A stretch of DNA of 64,000 nt, from positions 58,210 to 122,209 of the forward strand of contig JAZNCE010000124.1 in assembly GCA_045587385.1 (NCBI GenBank). The letters are read 5' to 3'. Numbering within the stretch: position 1 is the first letter of the stretch; the number at the start of each line of letters is the position of its first letter. The position numbers and the translations under genes are program-made. Positions 1 through 10,780 of the stretch are shown here, piece by piece. The notes beneath the pieces were generated by a model that was not told where the DNA came from, did not search any database, and saw nothing but the letters and a program-made list of their open reading frames with translations. The DNA comes from Eubacteriales bacterium. GTDB taxonomy: Bacteria; Bacillota; Clostridia; Oscillospirales; CAG-272.

Positions 1-494
1 CTTACATGACGGCAATGTACATTATCGCTGCTTTTACGTCTATCGTGTACGTCAGAGATTCCAGCGATAAAGGTCAGTTTTTACTTATCATGATGTTTGC
101 CGCACCGTGGATAACCGATACCTTCGCGTATTTCTTTGGCAGGGCATTCGGTAAACACAAGCTAATTCCCGACGTCAGCCCTAAGAAAACGATCGAAGGA
201 AGCGTAGCGGGAATTATCTGTTGTACTCTGGTCATTCTTGGTTACGCATTCGTATGCTCGCGTGTTTGGGGCGTACAGTGCAACTATGCCATTTTGGCTG
301 CATTGGGCGTATTGCTGTCAATTGTTGGACAAATCGGTGATCTTGCTATGTCCGTGATTAAAAGAGAATATAACATCAAAGACTATGGAAAGATCATGCC
401 CGGTCACGGTGGTGCATTGGATAGATTTGACTCTGTTCTTGCTGTCGCCATCGTTCTTGCTGCAGCAGAGATCTTCGTTGACGTTTTCGCATGA
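1..494 (+). CDS. cdsA: phosphatidate cytidylyltransferase, C-terminal part (5' end outside window)
   Basis: Frame is open to the window edge. Hydrophobic multi-pass protein with signature SVIKREYNIKDYGKIMPGHGGALDRFDS. Sits in the cdsA-dxr-rseP order typical of Firmicutes. Confidence 0.85.
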   Translation, partial: YMTAMYIIAAFTSIVYVRDSSDKGQFLLIMMFAAPWITDTFAYFFGRAFGKHKLIPDVSPKKTIEGSVAGIICCTLVILGYAFVCSRVWGVQCNYAILAALGVLLSIVGQIGDLAMSVIKREYNIKDYGKIMPGHGGALDRFDSVLAVAIVLAAAEIFVDVFA

Positions 495-1666
495 GCAGAA
501 TAAACTCCTCCATGATGATTCTCGGCGTAACAGGATCTGTCGGAAAACAAGCGGCAGACGTTGCGCAGAAGCATCATGTCAAAGTAGACGCAATCAGTGC
601 AAACAAGAGTGTCGTTGAAACCGAAAACCTTGTGAGAAAGCTACACCCCAAAGCTTGTGCGATGGCTGATGAACAAAGCGCACGTGATCTTGCTTTGCGC
701 GTAGCGGATCTGCCCGTGAAGGTTTACAGCGGCACCGACGGCATTTGTGAGATGATTGCAATGACCGAAGCCGATCATGAACGCCAGGTCGTTGTCAATT
801 CCATTCTCGGCCAGGCAGGTCTGGCTCCTACAATAGCTACCTTAGAGGCAGGGAAGCAGCTTGCTCTTGCAAACAAGGAATCTCTTGTAGTGGCAGGCGA
901 TATCGTTATGCCCTTGGCAAAAAAGCAGGGGATTGACATTCTTCCCGTGGATAGCGAGCATTGCGCTATTTACCAATGCTTGCGCGCAGGAGATCCTAAA
1001 GAGATCAAGCGCATTATGCTGACAGCCTCCGGAGGACCGTTTTACGGGTATACCAGAAAACAGCTGGAGAGCGTTACCAAACAGCACACACTTGCGCATC
1101 CTACGTGGACAATGGGCGCGAAAATCACTGTTGACAGTGCTACGATGATGAATAAAGGCTTTGAAGTGATCGAGGCTGTACATTTGTTTGGAGTAAAACC
1201 CGATCAGATAGAAGTCACGGTTCATCGCGAAAGTATAATTCATTCTGCAGTTGAATATATTGATAATAGCGTCATAGCACAGCTTTCCGTTCCCGACATG
1301 CGTTCCTGCGTGCAGTATGCTTTGACTCACCCCGTTCGTGTAGAAGCTTCTGTTCCGCAATTGGACTGGTTCTCGGTTGGAAGGTTGACGTTCGACAGAC
1401 CCGATATGCAGACCTTCAGCCCTTTACGCCTTGCATTTGAATGTATTGACAAGGGTGGAGCACTGCCTGCCGTATTGAATGCAGCGAATGAAATCTGCGT
1501 AGCTGCCTTTTTGAACGAGCAGCTTTCTTTCTGCGGTATTATGGATACCTTAGAGCAGGTTGTAGCCGACATGCAATACGCGGCAAACATGCACACCATG
1601 GACGAAATCCTTGCGTGTGACCGTGAAGCCCGCAGGCTGGCGATGCATTATTTGGAAAAACAGTAA
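491..1666 (+). CDS. dxr: 1-deoxy-D-xylulose 5-phosphate reductoisomerase
   Basis: 391 aa. N-terminal GVTGSVGKQ dinucleotide fold, plus LANKESLV, DSEH and MGAKITVDSATMMNKG motifs. ATGA overlap with the cdsA stop. Confidence 0.95.
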   Translation: MSRINSSMMILGVTGSVGKQAADVAQKHHVKVDAISANKSVVETENLVRKLHPKACAMADEQSARDLALRVADLPVKVYSGTDGICEMIAMTEADHERQVVVNSILGQAGLAPTIATLEAGKQLALANKESLVVAGDIVMPLAKKQGIDILPVDSEHCAIYQCLRAGDPKEIKRIMLTASGGPFYGYTRKQLESVTKQHTLAHPTWTMGAKITVDSATMMNKGFEVIEAVHLFGVKPDQIEVTVHRESIIHSAVEYIDNSVIAQLSVPDMRSCVQYALTHPVRVEASVPQLDWFSVGRLTFDRPDMQTFSPLRLAFECIDKGGALPAVLNAANEICVAAFLNEQLSFCGIMDTLEQVVADMQYAANMHTMDEILACDREARRLAMHYLEKQ

Positions 1667-1688
1667 TTATTTCTAAGGAGAACATCAT

Positions 1689-2777
1689 TTGGAAACCCTT
1701 TTAGCAATTCCCGCGATCAAAACCGCCCTTTATATTCTGCTTGCAGTAGGTATTTTCGGCGCTTTGATTCTCATTCATGAATTCGGTCATTACTTGACCG
1801 CCAGATTATGCGGCGTTACCGTGCGTGAATTTGCGCTCGGCATGGGACCGCAGATCTTTTCCCGCGTCTCAAAAAAAAGCGGAATCCGCTATTCTATCAG
1901 ATTATTTCTGATTGGCGGATACGTCAGTATGGACGGAGAAGACGGGGATTCCGAAAATCCCAACGCCTTCTGTAACAAAAACGTATGGCAAAGAATTCTG
2001 ATTATCGTAGCCGGAGCAGGCATGAACATTCTGCTTGGCTTTATTGCCATGTTTATTTTGACTACGTCTACCGTGCTGGCAACCGAGGGGGCATTGCTGC
2101 CCACGAACGTCATTGCCGAATTTGATGAAAATGCCACCTCCAACCAGTCAGGTGAGCACGGCTTAATGGTAGGCGACCGCGTCATGACCGTAAACGGATT
2201 TCCCGTATTTACGGGTTATGATCTGATCTATGAGATCACAAACAGCGCATACGAGCCTGTTGACATGGTTGTAGTCAGAGGGGATAAATTCGTATTTTTG
2301 AAAGACGTTCAATTCCCGACCACGGAAGAGAGCGGAGTCGTGTTTGGCTCTTACGACTTCAAGGTCTACGGTAAAGCACCGAACATTTTTAACCTCAGTT
2401 TGTATTCCGTCAACCGTGCAACCTCTACCGTAAAAATGGTTTACGATTCGCTTTTTGATCTGCTGACGGGCAGATACGGAGCGGATGCCGTTTCGGGTCC
2501 CGTTGGCACAACGGAGGTCATCGGTCAGGCGGCTCAAGCGGGTGGCGCAACGCTGCTGTATCTGGTTGCTGTCATTACCATCAACCTTGGTGTGTTCAAT
2601 CTTTTACCCGTTCCCGCACTTGATGGCGGCAGGTTGCTGTTCCTGATCATCGAGTTATTCAGAGGTAAGCCTATCAACCGAAACCTTGAAGGCTACGTGC
2701 ATTTCATCGGCATCATCATTCTGTTTGGACTGATGGCACTGATCTCAGTAAAAGATATTATAGGATTATTCTCATGA
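1689..2777 (+). CDS. rseP: RIP metalloprotease RseP/YluC (site-2 protease)
   Basis: HEFGH zinc motif in the first TM helix, a central PDZ-like segment, and NLLPVPALDGG. TTG start lies 8 nt after AAGGAG. Confidence 0.9.
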   Translation: METLLAIPAIKTALYILLAVGIFGALILIHEFGHYLTARLCGVTVREFALGMGPQIFSRVSKKSGIRYSIRLFLIGGYVSMDGEDGDSENPNAFCNKNVWQRILIIVAGAGMNILLGFIAMFILTTSTVLATEGALLPTNVIAEFDENATSNQSGEHGLMVGDRVMTVNGFPVFTGYDLIYEITNSAYEPVDMVVVRGDKFVFLKDVQFPTTEESGVVFGSYDFKVYGKAPNIFNLSLYSVNRATSTVKMVYDSLFDLLTGRYGADAVSGPVGTTEVIGQAAQAGGATLLYLVAVITINLGVFNLLPVPALDGGRLLFLIIELFRGKPINRNLEGYVHFIGIIILFGLMALISVKDIIGLFS

Positions 2778-3865
2778 TAGATTATCAAAACATCAGAAGA
2801 AAAACGCGCACGGTAAACGTAGGCGGCGTCATGATTGGCGGAAATGCTCCAATCTCCATTCAATCCATGACAAACACAGATACCAAAGACGTTACCGCAA
2901 CGATCAACCAAGTGCGCAATCTGGAGCAAGCGGGATGCGAAATCGTGCGCATTACCGTACCGGATGCAGAGAGTGCCGAAACCATTGCGGCTATCAAGCG
3001 GGCAGGTATTCGCGTGCCGATCGTGGCAGACATTCACTTTGATTACAAAGCAGCGCTTGCTTGCGCTGAGCGAGGTGTAGACAAGATCCGCATCAATCCC
3101 GGTAATATTGGTGATGAGGATCGTGTCAAGGCGGTCGTGGATGCATGCAAAAAGAGCAGTATTCCGATCAGAATCGGCGTTAACGGTGGCTCTCTTGAAA
3201 AGCACATTCTGGCAAAGCACGGTGCTCCTACCCCCGAAGCCCTTTGCGAATCTGCCATGTATCACGTATCATTACTGGAAAAGTTTGATTTCAATGACAT
3301 TGTCATTTCAATCAAGGGATCTTCCGTAGAGCAAATGGTCAAGGCAAACCGATTGGTCGCAGCGCGATGTGACTATCCGATCCACATTGGTGTTACCGAG
3401 GCAGGCAGCGAGCAATACGGCATGATCAAGAGTGCTGCCGGCATTGGTGCCTTACTGTGTGACGGCATTGGAGATACCATGCGAGTATCCTTAACCGCCG
3501 ATCCCGTCAAAGAGGTATCTGCTGCCCGTGCAATTCTCAATGCACTTGAAATCAAAGGGCAATGTGGTATGAATATCGTCAGCTGCCCCACCTGCGGACG
3601 TACCAAGATCGATCTGATCAGCCTTGAGCACCAATTCAGAGAAGCCGCAGAGCGTGAAGGGCTGCTGGATTATCCGATCCGCGTTGCACTCATGGGATGC
3701 GTTGTTAACGGCCCCGGAGAAGCCAGAGAGGCAGACATCGGTATTGCCGGTGGAAAAGGCGAGGCTCTTTTAATCTCCCACGGCGAAATTATTGCCAAAA
3801 TTAAAGAAGATGAAGTTATTAAGGTTTTGATCGAAAAGATCAAACAGATGCGGAATAATAGATAA
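2774..3865 (+). CDS. ispG: 4-hydroxy-3-methylbut-2-en-1-yl diphosphate synthase
   Basis: 363 aa GcpE-type sequence with Fe-S cysteines in CPTCGR and GCVVNGPGE. Start overlaps the rseP stop. Confidence 0.95.
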   Translation: MIDYQNIRRKTRTVNVGGVMIGGNAPISIQSMTNTDTKDVTATINQVRNLEQAGCEIVRITVPDAESAETIAAIKRAGIRVPIVADIHFDYKAALACAERGVDKIRINPGNIGDEDRVKAVVDACKKSSIPIRIGVNGGSLEKHILAKHGAPTPEALCESAMYHVSLLEKFDFNDIVISIKGSSVEQMVKANRLVAARCDYPIHIGVTEAGSEQYGMIKSAAGIGALLCDGIGDTMRVSLTADPVKEVSAARAILNALEIKGQCGMNIVSCPTCGRTKIDLISLEHQFREAAEREGLLDYPIRVALMGCVVNGPGEAREADIGIAGGKGEALLISHGEIIAKIKEDEVIKVLIEKIKQMRNNR

Positions 3866-3914
3866 TAAAATATTTGTCATCGAGAAATATAAAGTTTAAA
3901 ACACGGAGTCTGAC

Positions 3915-6900
3915 ATGAAAAAGACGTTTCTTGAGATATTTCATAAATATCACCCCGATACATATACGGAAAAATTGCTTTTGACCATCACGGATATCAA
4001 GCTGATGGCGGATAAGGATTTGAAGATCATTGAAGCCACGGTGCATTTCCCGCAGCTTGTGGATAAAGCGGAGCTTTACCGCATACAAGAAGAGATCCGT
4101 AAGGCATATGATCTCAATCGTGTTAAGCTGCTTCCCAAGTATCCTGCAGAGCTGTTCAGTGCCGATTACGTACCACAGCTGCTGATGGAAACAGAAGAGA
4201 TCGGCATCGTTGCAAGAGGATTTTTCCACAGATACAAGTACAAGCTTGATCAAGGGGTGCTCACAGTAGAACTGCCCGTGATTGACGCGGGCATTTTGCT
4301 TATGGAGGATGCACGCACCCCACAGATTATGGAGAACATTTTGCTCTCCGAATTTAGCATCCACATCAAAGTAAAGATCGTGCATTCCGAGGATTTTCAC
4401 GAAAGTGAGCACAACGCCATTCTGCAGCGTCAGCTCGAAGAGCTTGATAAGCGTTTGGCAAAGGCTGCCAAGGAATATGACCAAGCCAAAGCACAAGGCG
4501 CATTTTCCTCCCAAGCACCTGAACCGCAGGGAATTGAGCAGCCTGCGCTGCCGCGTATACGTTCGGTTTATGACGAAGACCCCACCCCCATTATCATAGA
4601 CGGTATCTGCACCATCGGTCATACCTCATATGATATTTCTTCCGTAGAATACGTGATCGGTGATGCCTTCGAGATCAAGCCCACGCCCATTGCCGCGCTG
4701 GACAAGCCTGTGCGCAATGCCGTGATCCTGGGCGAAATCTACGCTTTTAACAAAGAGCGCAATCGCACGGGTGAAAAATTTAACCTTAACTATTGCATTA
4801 CCGACGGCAACTCCTCGATTGAAATCAAGCTGTTCAACGTTGAGCCTGAGCAATCCGACGAGATGTGTAAGGTCATTTCCAACGGTGCGATTGTTGCCAT
4901 GAAAGGGTATGCCAAGTACGAAACCAAGAAGAACAAGGACGGCAGCCGCAGTGAAGGCCCCGACTGTCTGTTCTATCCCAATGAAATCGCAAAGATCAAA
5001 AAGCTTGCGCGCACGGACAATGCTCCCGTGAAGCGCGTCGAGCTGCATCTTCACACACAGATGTCCACCATGGACGCTATGATCCCGCCATCTGTTGCCG
5101 TTAAGCAGGCAAACAAATGGGGACATCCCGCCGTAGCGATCACTGATCACGGCAATGTCCAAGGCTTTCAGGACGCTATGCTGACTGCTGAAAAGATCGG
5201 TCAAAAGGTCATTTACGGCATGGAAGCATACTTCGTCAACGATACAGCGGGTGCTGTTACGGGACAGTGTGCCTATACGCCTTACGATGAGTGCATCGTG
5301 TTTGATATCGAGACCACGGGTCTTTCCGCGAAGACCTGCAAGATCACCGAGATCGGTGCCGTGCGTATCAAGCAGGGCGAGGTTCTTGATTCCTTTAATA
5401 CCTTTGTTGATCCCGAGGTGCCTATCCCCGAAGAAATCATCAAATTGACGGGCATCACCGATGATATGGTGAAGGGTGCACCTAAAGTAAAAGAGGCATT
5501 AGAAGCGTTTTTTGCCTTTATAGGTGACGTGGAAGGAAAGCCTGCCAAACTGTTGATCGCACATAACGCAAGCTTTGATATCGGTTTTATCCGCCATTTC
5601 GCGCAGGAGTGTAGCATGCAGCTGCGCAACCCGTATCTTGATACCGTTGCACTCTCACGCTTCCTCAACCCGTCCTTGAACAAGCATAAGCTCAACCTGC
5701 TTGCAGAGCATTATAATTTGGGAGACTTTAATCACCACCGCGCAAGTGATGACGCAGAAATGTTGGCGTATATTTATTTCAAGATGTGCGAGCAGATGAA
5801 GTCAGCCGAAATCATGTCTTTTGAGCAGCTTTGTCATGAAATGACGGTCAGCTCAGACCCGCTCAAGCTCAAGCCGTATCACCAGATATTGCTTGTCAAG
5901 AATGCAACGGGCTTGAAAAACCTTTATAAGCTGGTTTCCATGAGTAACCTGCAATATTACCGCAGAAGCCCCCGTATTCCCAAAACGCAGCTTGAAAAAT
6001 ATCGCGAAGGCTTGATCATTGGCTCTGCTTGCGAAGCAGGCGAAGTGTTCACTGCAATTCTTGAAAACAAGAGTGAAGCGGAGCTGGAAGAGCTCGTGAA
6101 CTTCTACGATTATTTAGAGATCCAGCCCATCACCAACAACATGTTCTTGATTGACGAGGGCAAGGTTGCTAACGAAGAGGGGCTGCGTGATCTGAACCGA
6201 CGCATTGTTGCGCTTGGTGAGCAATATAATAAGCCAGTTGTGGCTACTTGTGACGCGCATTTCCTTAATAAAGAGGACGGCATTTACAGAAAGATCCTGC
6301 TTTGCGGTCAGAAGTTCAAGGACGGTGACCGAGATATCTTCCTCTACTACAGAACCACCGAGGAAATGCTGGAGGAGTTCTCGTACTTGGGCGAGGAGAA
6401 AGCATATGAGGTCGTTGTCACCAATACAAATATGATCAACGACATGATCGAGAGCAATATCCGCCCGTTCCCCAAGGGTACGTTTACACCTACCATGGAT
6501 GGAGCAGAGGAAGATCTGCAGCGCATCTGTTGGGAAAAGGCAAAGAAGATGTACGGTGATCCGCTACCCGAGATTGTATCCTCGCGTCTTGCAAGAGAGC
6601 TGGAATCCATCATTAAAAACGGCTTTGCCGTGCTGTATATGATCGCGCAAAAGCTGGTTTGGTACAGCGAGCAGCAGGGCTATCTGGTTGGCTCGCGTGG
6701 TTCGGTTGGTTCGTCCGTAGTCGCATCTATGGCAGGCATTTCCGAGGTAAACCCGCTGCCCGCTCATTATTGGTGTCCCAACTGTCAATATTCGGACTTT
6801 GAATATGCGAAAAAGCATAAGATCGGCTCAGGATTTGACCTGCCCGATGCCAACTGCCCCAAGTGCGGCACCAAGCTCAATTATGACGGACACGATATTC

Positions 6901-8363
6901 CGTTTGAAACTTTCCTTGGATTCTACGGTGATAAATCACCTGATATTGACCTGAACTTCTCGGGCGAGGTGCAGGGACGCGTACATAAGTACACGGAAGA
7001 ACTGTTCGGTGCGGAAAACGTGTTCCGCGCGGGTACGATCGGTACGCTTGCCGATAAGACCGCGTACGGTTACGTCATGAAGTATTTTGAAGAGCGCAAC
7101 GTCAGCGTATCCAATGCGGAAGCAAACAGATTGGTTGCTAACTGCGTTGGCGTTAAGCGCAATACAGGTCAGCACCCCGGCGGTATCGTCGTAGTGCCCA
7201 AGACCATGGAGGTTTACGATTTCTGTCCCGTACAGCATCCCGCCGAGGACGTTAAATCTGATATCGTCACAACGCATTTCACTTTTGAATATCTGCATGA
7301 TACGCTGCTCAAGCTGGACGAGCTGGGACACGATATGCCTACCAAGTATAAGTATCTGGAAAAGTATTCCGACACCAGCGTGCTTGACGTGCCCATGAAT
7401 GACCGCTCAATCTACGAGCTGTTTTTGTCCACCAAGCCGCTCGGTATCACGCCCGAGGACATTAACTGTCCGCTTGGTACGCTTGGTTTGCCCGAGCTTG
7501 GCACCAAGTTCGTTATCAAGATGCTGCAAGAGTGTAAGCCGCAGACCTTTTCTGACTTGTTGCAGATCTCGGGACTCTCGCACGGTACGGACGTTTGGAC
7601 AAATAATGCGCAAGAGTTGATCAAAAACGGTACGTGCACCATTTCCGAGGTTATCGGTACGCGTGACTCGATCATGCTTGCGCTGATCGATTACGGCGTG
7701 CAAAAGGACCACGCATTCAAGATCATGGAAATGGTTCGAAAAGGGAAGGGACTTACCCCCGAATATGAGCAGGAAATGCTGGAGGCTGGCGTACCCGATT
7801 GGTATATCTGGTCGTGTAAGCGTATCAAATACATGTTCCCCAAGGCACATGCAGCAGCATACGATATGTCTGCGATCCGACTTGGATGGTATAAGGTACA
7901 TATTCCGCTCGCTTTCTATTGTGCCATGTTTACCGTTCAGCCTGATGGCTTTGACGGCGAGCTGATCATGAAGGGCAAAAAAGCACTTGTTGCACATATT
8001 AAGGATATTGAGGACAGAGGATTTGACGCATCCCCCAAGGAACAAGCCAGCATACCCGTTCTGCAGCTTGCAAACGAGGCTTTTGCACGCGGTATCAGAT
8101 TCCTGCCCGTTGATCTTGAAAAGTCTGACTGGCGCGAATTTCTGCCCGAAAACGGTAAGATTCGTCTGCCGTTCTCTTCACTTGGCGGACTTGGCGAAAC
8201 TGCTGCTGAGAATATTGTGCGAGCAAGAGAGGAAGAGCCCTTCTTCTCGGTCGAGGATCTCAAGATACGCGCAAAGCTTTCGCAGGCTGTTATCGATATC
8301 CTGCGCCGAAACGGCGTACTTGACAATATTAATGAAACAGACCAGTTGACATTCAGCTTCTGA
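3915..8363 (+). CDS. polC: DNA polymerase III alpha subunit, Gram-positive PolC type
   Basis: 1482 aa. PHP motif HLHTQMS, inserted 3'-5' exonuclease (IVFDIETTGLS, HNASFDIGF, HRASDDA), and polymerase core PDIDLNFS. Confidence 0.97.
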   Translation: MKKTFLEIFHKYHPDTYTEKLLLTITDIKLMADKDLKIIEATVHFPQLVDKAELYRIQEEIRKAYDLNRVKLLPKYPAELFSADYVPQLLMETEEIGIVARGFFHRYKYKLDQGVLTVELPVIDAGILLMEDARTPQIMENILLSEFSIHIKVKIVHSEDFHESEHNAILQRQLEELDKRLAKAAKEYDQAKAQGAFSSQAPEPQGIEQPALPRIRSVYDEDPTPIIIDGICTIGHTSYDISSVEYVIGDAFEIKPTPIAALDKPVRNAVILGEIYAFNKERNRTGEKFNLNYCITDGNSSIEIKLFNVEPEQSDEMCKVISNGAIVAMKGYAKYETKKNKDGSRSEGPDCLFYPNEIAKIKKLARTDNAPVKRVELHLHTQMSTMDAMIPPSVAVKQANKWGHPAVAITDHGNVQGFQDAMLTAEKIGQKVIYGMEAYFVNDTAGAVTGQCAYTPYDECIVFDIETTGLSAKTCKITEIGAVRIKQGEVLDSFNTFVDPEVPIPEEIIKLTGITDDMVKGAPKVKEALEAFFAFIGDVEGKPAKLLIAHNASFDIGFIRHFAQECSMQLRNPYLDTVALSRFLNPSLNKHKLNLLAEHYNLGDFNHHRASDDAEMLAYIYFKMCEQMKSAEIMSFEQLCHEMTVSSDPLKLKPYHQILLVKNATGLKNLYKLVSMSNLQYYRRSPRIPKTQLEKYREGLIIGSACEAGEVFTAILENKSEAELEELVNFYDYLEIQPITNNMFLIDEGKVANEEGLRDLNRRIVALGEQYNKPVVATCDAHFLNKEDGIYRKILLCGQKFKDGDRDIFLYYRTTEEMLEEFSYLGEEKAYEVVVTNTNMINDMIESNIRPFPKGTFTPTMDGAEEDLQRICWEKAKKMYGDPLPEIVSSRLARELESIIKNGFAVLYMIAQKLVWYSEQQGYLVGSRGSVGSSVVASMAGISEVNPLPAHYWCPNCQYSDFEYAKKHKIGSGFDLPDANCPKCGTKLNYDGHDIPFETFLGFYGDKSPDIDLNFSGEVQGRVHKYTEELFGAENVFRAGTIGTLADKTAYGYVMKYFEERNVSVSNAEANRLVANCVGVKRNTGQHPGGIVVVPKTMEVYDFCPVQHPAEDVKSDIVTTHFTFEYLHDTLLKLDELGHDMPTKYKYLEKYSDTSVLDVPMNDRSIYELFLSTKPLGITPEDINCPLGTLGLPELGTKFVIKMLQECKPQTFSDLLQISGLSHGTDVWTNNAQELIKNGTCTISEVIGTRDSIMLALIDYGVQKDHAFKIMEMVRKGKGLTPEYEQEMLEAGVPDWYIWSCKRIKYMFPKAHAAAYDMSAIRLGWYKVHIPLAFYCAMFTVQPDGFDGELIMKGKKALVAHIKDIEDRGFDASPKEQASIPVLQLANEAFARGIRFLPVDLEKSDWREFLPENGKIRLPFSSLGGLGETAAENIVRAREEEPFFSVEDLKIRAKLSQAVIDILRRNGVLDNINETDQLTFSF

Positions 8364-8378
8364 TGAAAGGAGATTTTT

Positions 8379-10724
8379 ATGGAACATCGCATTCAGATTT
8401 CAAACTGGAACCTTACTTGGGTAGAAAATGCCCACGTAAAAAGTAAAAGTATTGCACTTAAGACACCCGACGACGTTACTTTAAGCGGTTACCGCACAAT
8501 CAAGGCAAGTGTTCCGGGCAACTTTGAATTGGATTTTATGCGCGAAGGCATACTTGATGATGTGTACTTCGGGCAGAATCCGGTCAAAGCGCAGCGTTTA
8601 GAAAATCTTCATCTCTACTATTTTACAGAATTCAACTATCAAAGCAAGCAAGGCCATGATGCCGAGCTTGTGTTCGGCGGTATAGACACCGCTGCAGAAA
8701 TTTATCTGGACGGAAAACTGCTCGGATTTGTGGAAAACATGTTCCATGCCCACACCTTTGATTTGCGCGACTTGGAAGACGGACAGCACAGCATTCTGGT
8801 TCATATTCTGCCTGCGGCAATTTATGCAAGACAATTTGAAGTGCCCGCCATGTGCTTTGGACTGAAGTATAATCAGGACGGGATTCAACTGCGCAAGGCA
8901 GGCTCCATGTTTGGTTGGGATATTATGCCGCGCTTTGTTTCCGGAGGACTTTGGAAGCCTGTGGAAATCGTGTATAAGCCCAAGAGCCGTATTGTGAATC
9001 CGTTTACCTATACAAGGTGGGCAAATGAACATGATGCGTTTATTTGCACCACGTTGCGTATTGAGTCTGATGAAGATTTCATTTCCGATTTCCGCGTCAT
9101 TCTGCACGGTGAGTGCGGCGAGAGTGTCATTCATCATGAATACAGACCCTTCTGCGCTTCCTGCAAGATCGACTTCGGATTTTTAGCCCCCAAGCTTTGG
9201 TGGCCCAAGAATTACGGTGAGCCAAACCTGTATGATATGGAAATTACGCTTGTCAAGGATGGCGTTGTATACGATCGTGTCAAATATCGCTTTGGCATCC
9301 GCACGCTGGAGCTTAAGCGTACATCCTGCTCAGGCGATGACGGTGATTTCTGCTTCATTGTTAATGGTAAGCGCATTTTTGCCATGGGTACGAACTGGGT
9401 TCCTTGCGACGCTTTCCCGTCAAGACACGATGACTACACGCTGCGCAATATCAAACTTGCGGATGAGCAGGGCTGTAATATGATCCGCTGCTGGGGCGGT
9501 AATGTATATCCCAGTGACGTCTTGTACGATTACTGTGACGAGCACGGTATCATGATATGGCAGGACTTCAGCTTTGCCTGCGGTCATTTTCCGGATGACG
9601 AAAGGCTCTGTAAGCTTGTCAAAGAAGAGATCAAACATATTGCAATTGAAAAGCGCAATCACCCCGCGCTTGTTTTGTGGGCAGGGGATAATGAATGTGA
9701 TATTTTCGTCGTGCCGTATTGGGAATCGCACAGAACGGATGATGATCCGACTGCAATGCTTGACCCCAACTTTAACAAAATCACGCGCGATACCATTCTG
9801 CGTGAGCTGCGCAATCACGATGCTACACGTCCGTATCTTCCCAGCAGCCCGTATCTTGACCCGACCGCTTATAAATACGGGATGCCCTCCGAGGATCATC
9901 TGTGGGGCCCCCGTGACTATTTCAAGGGCGATTTCTACGGCAATGCAGAATGTCACTTTGCTTCTGAGATTGGCTACCACGGTTGTCCTTCGCCGGAATC
10001 GATCAAGAAATTCATTCCCGCAGAAAGTATGCCCAAGGAATCCATTTACGAGATCTGCGATCATCCCGATTGGCTGATTCACGCAGCGGGAATGGAGCCT
10101 TATCTGGACGGTAATCCGTATTTCTACCGTAATCGACTTATGGTCAGCCAGGTAGAGAGGCTGTTCGGTACACCCGCCAATGATCTTGACACCTTTGCAA
10201 GACAAAGTCAGGTTTCCCAGGCTGAGGCGGTCAAGTATTTCATTGAAAAATTCCGCATCAACAAAGGACGCATGAACGGCATTCTTTGGTGGAACATTGC
10301 AGATGGCTGGCCGCAAGTTTCCGATGCGGTTGTTGACTGGTACGGCTGCAAAAAGCTGGCATATCACTATATTACCCGCTCTCAAGCACCTTTCTGCATG
10401 ATGATGGACGAGCCCGTGGACGGTAAATTGACGCTTGTAGCGTCCAATGATACCCAGCAAGCTGTGCATGCACGCTATACGGTGACCGATCTGACAACCA
10501 ACGAGATCGTAACAAGCGGTGAGGTTGACGTTGATGCAAACGGCTGCGTGCGCGTTCAAGAAGTTGCAGAGCGCAAGTTTGGTTTCTATATGATCACCTG
10601 GGAAAGCACCGCAGGGAACGGCAGAAACCACTTCACCTGCACCATTGGTGACGGCTGGACGTGGGACGCATACCGCGACGCCATGACCAAAGCCGGATTC
10701 TATGAAGAGTACGAAGGGTTTTAA
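8379..10724 (+). CDS. glycoside hydrolase family 2 protein (beta-mannosidase-like)
   Basis: 781 aa. The N-terminal sugar-binding pattern (WxL...VPGNFELDF...DDVYFGQN), the TIM-barrel region (NMIRCWGGNVYPSD, IMIWQDF) and the overall length resemble GH2 exo-glycosidases. AAAGGAG RBS. Confidence 0.75.
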   Translation: MEHRIQISNWNLTWVENAHVKSKSIALKTPDDVTLSGYRTIKASVPGNFELDFMREGILDDVYFGQNPVKAQRLENLHLYYFTEFNYQSKQGHDAELVFGGIDTAAEIYLDGKLLGFVENMFHAHTFDLRDLEDGQHSILVHILPAAIYARQFEVPAMCFGLKYNQDGIQLRKAGSMFGWDIMPRFVSGGLWKPVEIVYKPKSRIVNPFTYTRWANEHDAFICTTLRIESDEDFISDFRVILHGECGESVIHHEYRPFCASCKIDFGFLAPKLWWPKNYGEPNLYDMEITLVKDGVVYDRVKYRFGIRTLELKRTSCSGDDGDFCFIVNGKRIFAMGTNWVPCDAFPSRHDDYTLRNIKLADEQGCNMIRCWGGNVYPSDVLYDYCDEHGIMIWQDFSFACGHFPDDERLCKLVKEEIKHIAIEKRNHPALVLWAGDNECDIFVVPYWESHRTDDDPTAMLDPNFNKITRDTILRELRNHDATRPYLPSSPYLDPTAYKYGMPSEDHLWGPRDYFKGDFYGNAECHFASEIGYHGCPSPESIKKFIPAESMPKESIYEICDHPDWLIHAAGMEPYLDGNPYFYRNRLMVSQVERLFGTPANDLDTFARQSQVSQAEAVKYFIEKFRINKGRMNGILWWNIADGWPQVSDAVVDWYGCKKLAYHYITRSQAPFCMMMDEPVDGKLTLVASNDTQQAVHARYTVTDLTTNEIVTSGEVDVDANGCVRVQEVAERKFGFYMITWESTAGNGRNHFTCTIGDGWTWDAYRDAMTKAGFYEEYEGF

Positions 10725-10737
10725 CGAATAAAAAGAT

Positions 10738-10761
10738 CCCAACCTCCGTTCGGAGGTTGGG
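10738..10761. terminator. bidirectional stem-loop between convergent GH2 and XRE genes
   Basis: CCCAACCTCCG-TT-CGGAGGTTGGG perfect 11-bp stem. Confidence 0.6.
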
Positions 10762-10780
10762 ATGTTTGCGTTATGTAATA

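Noticed and set aside
9420-10742. 440-aa minus-strand ORF.
   Set aside because: Antisense to the GH2 gene. It runs into the terminator hairpin, and its composition mirrors the sense gene.
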